From IMG/VR virus record IMGVR_UViG_3300036715_001865, positions 32,001-96,000 of that record: a stretch of DNA of 64,000 bases. One strand, written 5' to 3'. Source of the stretch: a virus. The position numbers and the translations under genes are program-made. Shown here in pieces: positions 8,931 to 17,610 of the stretch. Numbering within the stretch: the stretch's first letter is position 1; each line of letters begins with the position of its first letter. The notes under the pieces are model-generated. The model made no database searches. It was not told the origin of the DNA and saw nothing but the letters and a program-made list of their open reading frames with translations.

Positions 8931-9698
8931 TTATTCCCAAGGTAGATCAGCAGCATCATCTATTTTCTCATATTGCAAATTTTGAGAATCTAATTCACTA
9001 ATAATATCAAATGGCATTTCAGTAGAAGTGTTTATGATTCCTATTCTTGCATATATTCTTTCTACAAAATCACGGCGGACTTCTGCTGGGGTATCTAATT
9101 CAATAGGCATTTCAAATGTAAGCCTACTTTGTATGATTCTTTTATCTGTGCCTATTGGAAAGTTTGTTTCTAATTGAACATCTTTTAATTCCACATGAGT
9201 CAATCTTGTCCAATCAAATATTGCGTCACTTGTTTGGATATTAAGTGATGGGTCAAATAATGGAAGAATTTGTTCCATTATTTGTAAGTGTTGTTGTGTA
9301 TTACTTGCAAATATATTGAGTTCAATTGTTAAGTTGTATGGGACAGGCATACGTTGGTGAATAACCCTCATATCATCTGGAACCAACCCACCAACAGGAG
9401 TATACGTCTGTCTACGTTCAGTACCAACACCACGAGCTCGTTGCATAGTTAAAGTTAGACCACTCATATATGCACTCATAATAGGTAATCGTAAAGGTTT
9501 GTTGTGGGTGTTTTCAGTTTTTAAGGCTGCTACAACCTTGTCCATGTGTCCATAATGAATCCCAACAGGTATCAATGCAGCTTCTCTATCATTCCATTTT
9601 CCGACCTGTACCTGCAACCCACCAAATATGGCCATAAATTGATTTATATACCTAGCCAACTGTCCATTGTAGTAGTAGCCATCTTTTTGCATTGCCAT
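8931..9698 (-). CDS. gp15: Tail sheath stabiliser / tail terminator
   Basis: 'YYYNGQL..Y...F..IF', 'PVPYNLTIELNIFASN....LQIMEQILPLFDPS' match T4 gp15; position between neck and sheath genes. Confidence 0.8.
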   Translation of the reverse strand: MAMQKDGYYYNGQLARYINQFMAIFGGLQVQVGKWNDREAALIPVGIHYGHMDKVVAALKTENTHNKPLRLPIMSAYMSGLTLTMQRARGVGTERRQTYTPVGGLVPDDMRVIHQRMPVPYNLTIELNIFASNTQQHLQIMEQILPLFDPSLNIQTSDAIFDWTRLTHVELKDVQLETNFPIGTDKRIIQSRLTFEMPIELDTPAEVRRDFVERIYARIGIINTSTEMPFDIISELDSQNLQYEKIDDAADLPWE

Positions 9699-9725
9699 GT
9701 AATATTATCCTTTTTATTGAACTTG

Positions 9726-9733
9726 TATTTATA
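9726..9733 (-). promoter_or_regulatory. Late promoter TATAAATA (gp15-like gene)
   Basis: Exact consensus upstream of the start codon. Confidence 0.85.
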
Positions 9734-9741
9734 ACCTAAAT

Positions 9742-11289
9742 TTATTTAACATCTCTTGATGGTTTTTTATATCTACTGGTTGCATACTCATCTAAGATAG
9801 GTTTTTGACTATTAAATTCCAATCGTTTGTCTGTTTCTAAGAAAATCCACCTACCTTTTACAGCAGAGTATCTATACAACCTTGCTGGCACATCTTTAGC
9901 TAATCCTACATATATTAACCTATGATAATCCCCATCAATAGGAGAACTTGGAAACGTGTCACTTTCTGTATATGGTTGTCCATTTTGTGGCATAGCGTCT
10001 TCAACATACAACCTAGCACGTTTAAACCCTGTTTTTTCAATACTTGGTAAATTAACTGCTTTTGCACTACTGATTTCTTCATCAGTAAATTCTCGTATAG
10101 TATTAGACCCCTCACTGCCTTTTTCAGGTACATCATCTTTTGATTTTGCTTTTATAGCTTGGTCAATATCAGAATAATCTTGCCACATAGGGTTATGTCC
10201 ATCGTTAATATCCATTAATCCAGTACTATCTTTTTTAGCAACTAAATCTCCGAATATATCTTGTGTTTCTTGTGACGCTAATGCAGGTAATGCAGTAATA
10301 AGTAACATGAGCGGTGCCCAACCAGGCGAATATGAAGCTGGATCCCAAGCAACATCTGTCACCTCTAAATATCTACGAATAACTCTCATATCAGGTGTAT
10401 ATTGTAATTCACTAGGTAGTTCAATAATATCCCCAACAATAACTGGTCTACCCAAAATAGATACACAAGATGTAAAATTTATTTTTATAACATAGGTTAC
10501 TTGTATTTCTATACCAAATCGCTGTAAATCTGAGGTAGATTGTGATAAATCATAGTAACCTTTTAACAAAAACGGGGCTTGTGAATAGTTTCTGTCTCTA
10601 TTTTCCATCAATATTTTATCTTGGATGTTTGATAAGTCAGTTACGGTGTATTCATGAAACTCAAGAGCTTGAACTCCCCAACTATCACAGTCATGACCTG
10701 TCATAGTTATTGGACGCAACCTCCAATATCTACACGGAGCTGAATTTGCAAAGTGTATAGTATTTAATATATTATTATCTGGTAAGTTTATGATTGCTAC
10801 TCCATACCATTCAATATTATCATCTGAACGCTCAACTCGAGCCTTAGTCACCCGAGAAGCTGGGTTATTGCTTTGTTTGATTTTTATTGTTGTGATTTCT
10901 TTTCTGATACTAGCATCAATCCCATATCTCTGCCTTCCTGAAGGCAGTTTAATAATGCCAAAGTCATATCCAATATATCCTGAGGATAACAATAAGGCAC
11001 TTGATTGTCGTGAATGCCACTCTGATGTTAGCTTATTAAATGCGTTACTAGCTGGAAACCCAACAGCATCTCCACTAGATATAGCTGTACCGTTACCTGT
11101 TAAATCCAACAATTTAGTTTGTTCGTATACTCCAAGTAGTTTATATACGTTTATTTTTGCTCCAGCAATTGCTACAGATTCTTGAATGTAATGGTCTGCT
11201 AAATTATCAGTTTTTGGTTGCTCAGTTAAATCCCAAGGACGACAATTTGTCCAATTTGATGGAAGAGTACAGTTTTGTTTAGTTGCCAT
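9742..11289 (-). CDS. gp14: Neck/head-completion protein (gp14-like) with an inserted discoidin (F5/8-type) domain
   Basis: 'ESVAIAGAKINVY' and 'VGDIIELP' gp14-like blocks flank 'SNAFN..WHS...IGYDFG...VERSDDNIEW...RYWRL'; order gp13-gp14-gp15. Confidence 0.65.
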   Translation of the reverse strand: MATKQNCTLPSNWTNCRPWDLTEQPKTDNLADHYIQESVAIAGAKINVYKLLGVYEQTKLLDLTGNGTAISSGDAVGFPASNAFNKLTSEWHSRQSSALLLSSGYIGYDFGIIKLPSGRQRYGIDASIRKEITTIKIKQSNNPASRVTKARVERSDDNIEWYGVAIINLPDNNILNTIHFANSAPCRYWRLRPITMTGHDCDSWGVQALEFHEYTVTDLSNIQDKILMENRDRNYSQAPFLLKGYYDLSQSTSDLQRFGIEIQVTYVIKINFTSCVSILGRPVIVGDIIELPSELQYTPDMRVIRRYLEVTDVAWDPASYSPGWAPLMLLITALPALASQETQDIFGDLVAKKDSTGLMDINDGHNPMWQDYSDIDQAIKAKSKDDVPEKGSEGSNTIREFTDEEISSAKAVNLPSIEKTGFKRARLYVEDAMPQNGQPYTESDTFPSSPIDGDYHRLIYVGLAKDVPARLYRYSAVKGRWIFLETDKRLEFNSQKPILDEYATSRYKKPSRDVK

Positions 11290-11290
11290 A

Positions 11291-11602
11291 TTAATCTCCA
11301 GATTCCATTTTCTTTAGTTTTATATAATATTTAGGATCTTCAGTTAAGTGATCTTTTGCAATTAATTTTGCAATTAATTTTGATTTAGTATGTTCGAGTT
11401 CAACACTAATACCTAATTTTAATTGGGTAGTGTCAAATTCAGAATCTGGAACAAAATCGTGGTTTCCGATATTAGATATAATATCTTCAACTGAATCCTC
11501 TCCAATTTCATCGAGTTCTTTGCTAGTTACATTTAGCAACTTAGCTAGTTGTTGAATTTTATCGTTTTCAACGATAAAATGTTTGAATGTTTGATGTAAC
11601 AC
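11291..11602 (-). CDS. Small late protein with DUF5661-like C-terminus; possible internal head protein
   Basis: 'QLKLGISVELEHT...IAKDHLTEDPKYYIKLKKME'; N-terminus 'TFKHFIVE'. Confidence 0.6.
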   Translation of the reverse strand: MLHQTFKHFIVENDKIQQLAKLLNVTSKELDEIGEDSVEDIISNIGNHDFVPDSEFDTTQLKLGISVELEHTKSKLIAKLIAKDHLTEDPKYYIKLKKMESGD

Positions 11603-11604
11603 AA

Positions 11605-11641
11605 AAATACCCCCAAAGAGTTGTCTTTGGGGGTATTTATA
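11605..11641 (-). terminator. Terminator of the 825-aa gene that overlaps the next gene's late promoter and SD
   Basis: 15-bp stem (11605-11619/11624-11638) followed by a U-run; TATAAATA at 11641-11634. Confidence 0.75.
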
Positions 11642-11661
11642 ATCTACCTTACTTATACTAC

Positions 11662-14139
11662 TTATGGATTTACATTAGTATCATCTTGTAAATATTTCCA
11701 AACAGTGCCATTGAAGTACGTATACGCAAGAGTTTTTGGTAAAACTGCTGGAGTGGTTGGAACATGTGGTTTAGTACCAACATACAACACTTTAAAATGT
11801 GTGAATATAGGTGTACCACTTGGAGTTTTTTGTAAATGTGCAGCATCAATCAAATCTACAATACCTGAAACTGGTGCTGTAAATCCACGAGCATGAACAG
11901 CTTTAAATAAAGTACCATCTAATACCACCACCTTTGATGCTAATCCAGTAGTTGCTGATGTGATTTTAATATTACCACCAGTTATAGTTGCAGTAGCAGC
12001 AGCCCCCAAGTCAGTATTAATTTCAGATAACAATGTGGTAAATGTTTGTGCTGCACTTCCTTGAATACTAATTGGTTTAGATACTCCATCCACGATAACA
12101 TTAGCTGTATATAATGTTGGAGCTGTACTAGCTGTATAACTAATTCCAACATACCCTGTTAAACTACTAAACAATGCACCTACATCATGTATTAATACAG
12201 ATGAAGCTAAACCAGTAGTAGCAGATGTGATAACAATATCCCCCCCTGTTAGTGCAGCAGTTGCATATGTTACAGCTGCTTTTCCAGGTACTGCATGAGA
12301 TATTGATACCAACCCTGACACAGCTTTAAATAAAGTTACATCAGCAATAGATACCAACGACAATGCGCCTGTTGTTGCAGACGTGATTCGTAGATGACCA
12401 GCATTGATCGATGCCACAGCTGCTGCTCCCAAATCAGTATTAATTTCTGCTAACAAAGTTGTAACAGTTTGTGCTGCACTTCCCAACACTGAAATAGATT
12501 TGGCAACTCCGTCAACTGTAATAGTTGCAGTATATGTTGTAGTTCCAACTAAGCCTGTTGCAGCAGATCCAGACAAAAAGTTAATGTACTGTACATCTTG
12601 ATACCCAGCTGTTGCTGTAGAATTTAAATCAGTGTTGATTTCATCAATAACATGTTGGATAGTATCCCCCATAGCTCCAGTGAAGTTAATAGTTCTAATA
12701 TTACCATCAACATACACCGTTGAAGAATATGTACGCGATGAACTACCACCTGGATTTGTTGGTAACAAAAATGCGAAACTTGGTAAAGCAGCAAATAATG
12801 TACCATCAGTTATTACAACTGTTGAGTGTACTCCATATGTTGCAGATGTGATTCTAATATCTCCACCTGAAATAGAAGCAACCGCTGCTGCGCCTAAATC
12901 TGTATTAATTTCATTGATAACATCACCAAATGTTGCAATGGCTGCTGGCAAGATAGAAATTGATTTGGACACCCCATCAACTACTACTGTGGCTGTTAGT
13001 GCTGCCAACGAACCAGTACCAGCTACAGCAGTTGCAATAGTACTAAAACTTGTTAAAGCAGGGAATAATGTTCCAGCTGTAATTGCCACAGAAGAAGTGG
13101 TGCTTGTTGTTGCTGAAGTGATTTTGATGTTACCACCCGAAATAGAAGCAACCGCTGCTGCACCTAAATCTGTATTAATTTCAGCTAACAATGTGGTAAA
13201 TGTTAAGGCTGCTGAACCCAATATAGAAATTGCTTTTGACACACCATCAACTACTACTGTGGCAGTATAGGTAGGATATACAATATCTGTTCCACCCGCT
13301 GATACATTTCCGTTTGTGGAAGTCCATGCAGTATTAATTGCACCAATTAAGTCGGTTCCACTTCCAGCTGGGACAGTAACTACTACAGATGATGTTGCCC
13401 CAGTAGTGGACGAAGTGATAATCCATGCATTACCGATTGCAGCAACTGTTGCACCAGGAATTTGAGCATCTAACAGAACTGCCATAGAGGTCATGGTATC
13501 AATTCCAGTAGCAGATACGGTATATACCGTAGCAGTACCACCATCAACAGCAACCTTAATAGTATAACTAGCAGCGGCAATACCAAGAACAGTTGTTGGA
13601 GTAATTGCTGGGGTATCAGTAAACGCAATCGTTGCACTACCACTGGTTGCTGGAGTAAATAATCCAGTTGCATCACCACCAGCTTTTGCTACAGAAAAAT
13701 TAGCAAATTGATAACCAGCTGTAGGTACCAATGTTGTAGATGTCCCTGCAACAATTGGATTATTATAATTAACAATCTGGTATCCTTTGGTTCCAGCTGA
13801 TGCTGATAACCCTGATGGGTCTGTTGTTAATTTTGCGGCACCCAAATCAACTGTTGCTTTTCCAGCAGTTGCTGTAGCAACATTGCTGAGTCCTGTCGTT
13901 GACCCACCTGATTTAGATCCACCAAAATCGATAATTTGGCTACCTGCTGTTGGACCAGCTAACGGTAAAGCACCGCCATTATTTGTGATAAATTGTGTTA
14001 GAATACTTTTATCATCTTCTGATAACGTATCCCATAAAATAAGAGATCTGACACCGGCATCGGTTTTAAGAACGGCAGCATTATTCAATGTTCCGTTGAA
14101 ATGTACATTTTCGGATGTAATCCACACTGGGTTTGGCAT
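11662..14139 (-). CDS. Repetitive Ala/Thr/Gly-rich virion appendage or decoration protein
   Basis: Six copies of a 'YTATxxVDG...EINTDLG...ITSATT' module; late promoter at 14179-14186; lies among neck genes. Confidence 0.65.
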   Translation of the reverse strand: MPNPVWITSENVHFNGTLNNAAVLKTDAGVRSLILWDTLSEDDKSILTQFITNNGGALPLAGPTAGSQIIDFGGSKSGGSTTGLSNVATATAGKATVDLGAAKLTTDPSGLSASAGTKGYQIVNYNNPIVAGTSTTLVPTAGYQFANFSVAKAGGDATGLFTPATSGSATIAFTDTPAITPTTVLGIAAASYTIKVAVDGGTATVYTVSATGIDTMTSMAVLLDAQIPGATVAAIGNAWIITSSTTGATSSVVVTVPAGSGTDLIGAINTAWTSTNGNVSAGGTDIVYPTYTATVVVDGVSKAISILGSAALTFTTLLAEINTDLGAAAVASISGGNIKITSATTSTTSSVAITAGTLFPALTSFSTIATAVAGTGSLAALTATVVVDGVSKSISILPAAIATFGDVINEINTDLGAAAVASISGGDIRITSATYGVHSTVVITDGTLFAALPSFAFLLPTNPGGSSSRTYSSTVYVDGNIRTINFTGAMGDTIQHVIDEINTDLNSTATAGYQDVQYINFLSGSAATGLVGTTTYTATITVDGVAKSISVLGSAAQTVTTLLAEINTDLGAAAVASINAGHLRITSATTGALSLVSIADVTLFKAVSGLVSISHAVPGKAAVTYATAALTGGDIVITSATTGLASSVLIHDVGALFSSLTGYVGISYTASTAPTLYTANVIVDGVSKPISIQGSAAQTFTTLLSEINTDLGAAATATITGGNIKITSATTGLASKVVVLDGTLFKAVHARGFTAPVSGIVDLIDAAHLQKTPSGTPIFTHFKVLYVGTKPHVPTTPAVLPKTLAYTYFNGTVWKYLQDDTNVNP
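12863..13183. repeat. 51-bp intragenic direct repeat pair (12863-12913 and 13133-13183)
   Basis: 49 of 51 bases identical; 270 bp (90 codons) apart. Confidence 0.85.
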
Positions 14140-14178
14140 TTGTTGCTCCTTTGTAAGGCTTGTTTAATGTATACAATA

Positions 14179-14186
14179 TATTTATA
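14179..14186 (-). promoter_or_regulatory. Late promoter TATAAATA
   Basis: Exact consensus upstream of 14139. Confidence 0.85.
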
Positions 14187-14262
14187 CGTTATGCTATATT
14201 TTAGAAAGATATACCACCTCAGATTGACCAATAGATCAACAAGAGGTGGATTTATTGGGACA

Positions 14263-17199
14263 TTATCCAAAACAGAAAGATGCTGCCATACCATATTGAC
14301 CAGGATCATCAGCAACATAATCAAATATTTCAGCTATACATGCATCCATATCTTCTTTTGCAGAAACCCGTAATTCAGCAGCATTAAGAGTAATATTACC
14401 ACTAGCTCCAGGCAATGATCCAAACTTACCTCTAATTTCAGCAAGCATAAGTTTTGCTTCTGCTGTTGCGTATCTACGTATCCAAGGTCTAACATACCTA
14501 TCAACCATCAAATCTTGTTCGGTTCTTTCTACAGAACACTCCAACGTTACATACGGCTCTGAGTATGGGAATCGGTGATGGATCCACAATTCTCTTGTTT
14601 GCTCATTCCAAGTAAATGTCAATTTTGCAGCAAATAATTGCTCCATTGTTTTAGTGTATTCTGTCATAATATGGTATGACAATAAGTCAAATGTTCCCAT
14701 GTTATATAAATGTTGTAATACTATTTGGCCATACGCTCCTGCTCCATGTGCTGAAGCTAAGAATGATGATGTTAATCTATGAATAGCCATAATATCTACA
14801 ATTTTATTAAAATCACCAGTTTTGTTATTGAGAATGTATCGTTGAGTTTCAGCTGACGTTTGCATAAATAAGAATCCTCTTTTATATGCTAACCCAGATT
14901 TTTGGCGCAATTCCCCAATAGTTTTGGTAATAGCATAATCCAACTGTTCATTTGTTAATTCAACATCAACTGCAGGATATCCAAGAGCATATCTCATTTC
15001 AGTCATCAACAACAATCGTTGATCTGCCGACCCATCAGTTCCTATACCCAATTCATTATATGATGGCTCATTTGATACCCCATCAGACCCTGGTTTTGGA
15101 TCATGAAATTGGTGTGGCACTTGCAATGACTTAAATAATGTTCCATCGGTTAAATAGACAAATGATAAGCTACTAGCAGTAGTGTCAGTAAACAACAAAT
15201 TACCACTACAATCTATTTCTACTGAAGCTTTTACAGGTGCAATTTCCCATGATACCCCATTCCAAAGTAACAATTTATTGGTTGATGTGTTAAACCAAGT
15301 TGAACCTTTGGTAGGTGCTGGGCTTGTTGTTGAGAATAACATAGCTACCCATGATACCCCGTTCCACACTTGCAACGATGAAGTTGTAGTATCAAACCAA
15401 TATGTTCCAGTTGGAATATTTGATGGATCTACCAACGCAATTACAGGATGTATAGCATTCCAACTATGAGTCACATCTAAAACCGACCAAGCTGTCAATG
15501 TTGGATTATACCACACAATACCTGGTGGCAATGATGTCATTGGATTTGTTGGATAAGATATAAATTGAACTGGCGTAAAACAATTATTTTTCCAAACACT
15601 CAATTGGTTTAATGTTGGATTATACCACAGTGTACCATAACTAAGTGTTGGGAGAGCTGCGGGATCCGTGGGCTGTTCAAAAAACGAAGTCACGGGAATC
15701 CAAGAATTTGTGAGACTGTCCCACACATTTAATTGGTCTTTTGAAGTATTCCACCATACGGCACAAGATAATTGTTGAGTAGGGTCTTGTGGAAATGATA
15801 TTACATCTAATACGTCCCAAACTAAACCACTCCATTGTTTTAAAACTTGGTGTGCTGGATTGTACCAAAATTTGCCCACAGCCGGCACTGTTGGAGCTTT
15901 TTCTGAAACAGATACATTCTGTTGTAAGTTCCATCCCACTGTTGGCAAATTCCATTCATACAACTGATTAGAAGATTCATCAAACCATAAAGCACCTGCA
16001 GTCAATAACATTGGATCTTCGTGATATTGAATAACATCAGTCATTGTCCACATACTATACACATTATCCCACTTATAAGTGATCATGGATGCAGTATCAT
16101 ACCAAAACGAGCCTACAGTATCTGGCACCTGTGTTGATGGATCTATCGTTGAAATAATAGTAACAGATTTACACCAAGTAGTACCATTCCAATAATATCC
16201 ATTAATACCATCAAACCAATATGATTTATCTGTAATTGGATGTAATGGGTCAAATGTTGATGTAATTACAATATCTACTACCCAAGTTCCAGTAACCCAA
16301 TGTTGTAACACTTTTGTATCAGAATTGAGCCAATATGTGCCGTCAATAACCAAATTGGGCGCAGTTGGTTGAACAATCACAGAAATAGGAACATTGTGTG
16401 ATCCAGTCCATTGATACAACGTTGATGATGTTGTGTCCCAGTAAAATGCACCAGTATTGGGGGCATAAGGACCTTGTACACTACCGTCAACCAGCGCCAA
16501 TCCCTTATTAAGTTCATTTAATAACCCAGAATATCTTTCAGATTTAGATCCAGACACCTGAATTGTGTATTTATTTGGTATAGGTCTGCAATATAACGGG
16601 TCAATTGGTGTTTTGGCTTTTGGTACCAATCCCAATTGAACATGAAAATCATAAGTGATTCCATTCATCAACCCAGTGAAGTCATTAGGTGTGATCCCTT
16701 GTGTATCATTTAATACAACAATTTGTGTTCCTTTGGTTCCTTGTGTCCCTTTATTGATATAATCAAGGGAATATGCATGAATGCCTTCAATGAAGTATCT
16801 ATATTCACAATCAACTGGATACCCTGAAACGTAGTATGGTGTATTGGGAGTTAATCCTGATATATCAAAAAATGTTGTAGTTCTATCCCCATAAAAAGAA
16901 CCAACAACAAGGGCTGTTCCAATTTTGTCACCAGCAAAAAGATTACTATCAGCTGTTGGGTCTGAGTTATATAATATTCCTCGTACAGGTATTTTAGTAA
17001 CGGCAGCAGGAGTATTATCTATAGTAACAACAATTCCACAATATGCTTGATCGTTTGCTGCACACCCTGTAGCTGGTGTTGGAATATTCCAACTAATTCG
17101 TCCAGTTGATGGCCCGGTTCTATCAAATTTAATTGACATATTAAGAGATTCTACTCTTAACAATCCAGGGGCATCAGTTCTTATATCATATGTTCCCAT
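14263..17199 (-). CDS. gp13: Neck protein (gp13-like C-terminus) with a large N-terminal Trp-repeat extension
   Basis: C-terminal about 210 aa 'RYALGYPAVDVELTNEQLDYAI...WIRRYATAEAK' is gp13-like; about 11 'G..W.D/N....L..W...W' repeats upstream. ATG 17199 preferred over TTG 17214. Confidence 0.7.
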   Translation of the reverse strand: MGTYDIRTDAPGLLRVESLNMSIKFDRTGPSTGRISWNIPTPATGCAANDQAYCGIVVTIDNTPAAVTKIPVRGILYNSDPTADSNLFAGDKIGTALVVGSFYGDRTTTFFDISGLTPNTPYYVSGYPVDCEYRYFIEGIHAYSLDYINKGTQGTKGTQIVVLNDTQGITPNDFTGLMNGITYDFHVQLGLVPKAKTPIDPLYCRPIPNKYTIQVSGSKSERYSGLLNELNKGLALVDGSVQGPYAPNTGAFYWDTTSSTLYQWTGSHNVPISVIVQPTAPNLVIDGTYWLNSDTKVLQHWVTGTWVVDIVITSTFDPLHPITDKSYWFDGINGYYWNGTTWCKSVTIISTIDPSTQVPDTVGSFWYDTASMITYKWDNVYSMWTMTDVIQYHEDPMLLTAGALWFDESSNQLYEWNLPTVGWNLQQNVSVSEKAPTVPAVGKFWYNPAHQVLKQWSGLVWDVLDVISFPQDPTQQLSCAVWWNTSKDQLNVWDSLTNSWIPVTSFFEQPTDPAALPTLSYGTLWYNPTLNQLSVWKNNCFTPVQFISYPTNPMTSLPPGIVWYNPTLTAWSVLDVTHSWNAIHPVIALVDPSNIPTGTYWFDTTTSSLQVWNGVSWVAMLFSTTSPAPTKGSTWFNTSTNKLLLWNGVSWEIAPVKASVEIDCSGNLLFTDTTASSLSFVYLTDGTLFKSLQVPHQFHDPKPGSDGVSNEPSYNELGIGTDGSADQRLLLMTEMRYALGYPAVDVELTNEQLDYAITKTIGELRQKSGLAYKRGFLFMQTSAETQRYILNNKTGDFNKIVDIMAIHRLTSSFLASAHGAGAYGQIVLQHLYNMGTFDLLSYHIMTEYTKTMEQLFAAKLTFTWNEQTRELWIHHRFPYSEPYVTLECSVERTEQDLMVDRYVRPWIRRYATAEAKLMLAEIRGKFGSLPGASGNITLNAAELRVSAKEDMDACIAEIFDYVADDPGQYGMAASFCFG

Positions 17200-17227
17200 G
17201 TAAATATATTCCAAGTTAGGTATATAG

Positions 17228-17569
17228 TTATTTATACCCGACCGTATGAACTATTGTAGAATGTGATTCGATGAATTTATTAAATTTTTTCGCGGGGATA
17301 GAAATTGGAAAAAGGGTTGTCTCATCAACCTGAGACAACCCTTTGAATGATACTGATACAGGGGTTGGTGCGTATTTATCGGTACAATCCCACTCAACAA
17401 CTAACATATTTTTTGGTTTTAATTTAAACGTATGTTCACCTTCATTAATTTTTAAGGCACAATAATCGCTTATTTTATATTCAACTGTTGATATTGGGGT
17501 ATTATCAATTGCTGATATCAATTGTTCTCTACTTTCTAGTAAAAATTGTTTAAATGTAAGTTTTGACAT
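17228..17569 (-). CDS. Hypothetical late protein with capsid-targeting-like N-terminus
   Basis: 113-aa ORF in the operon direction; 'MSKLTFKQFLLE'. Confidence 0.7.
   Translation of the reverse strand: MSKLTFKQFLLESREQLISAIDNTPISTVEYKISDYCALKINEGEHTFKLKPKNMLVVEWDCTDKYAPTPVSVSFKGLSQVDETTLFPISIPAKKFNKFIESHSTIVHTVGYK
17229..17236 (-). promoter_or_regulatory. Late promoter TATAAATA within the last codons of the upstream ORF
   Basis: GGG TAT AAA TAA encodes G-Y-K-stop and the promoter at once. Confidence 0.75.
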
Positions 17570-17610
17570 AATTATAGATGTGCTGGTTATATCTTATTTA
17601 GTACAGCACC

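Noticed and set aside
12863-13183. 51-bp repeat pair as a DGR template/variable region
   Set aside because: Both differences are synonymous, one is not at an adenine, and no reverse transcriptase is present.
12404-14167. Long plus-strand ORFs over the 825-aa gene, and similar antisense ORFs throughout the window
   Set aside because: Shadow ORFs caused by codon bias of the real genes; no SD or recognisable motifs.
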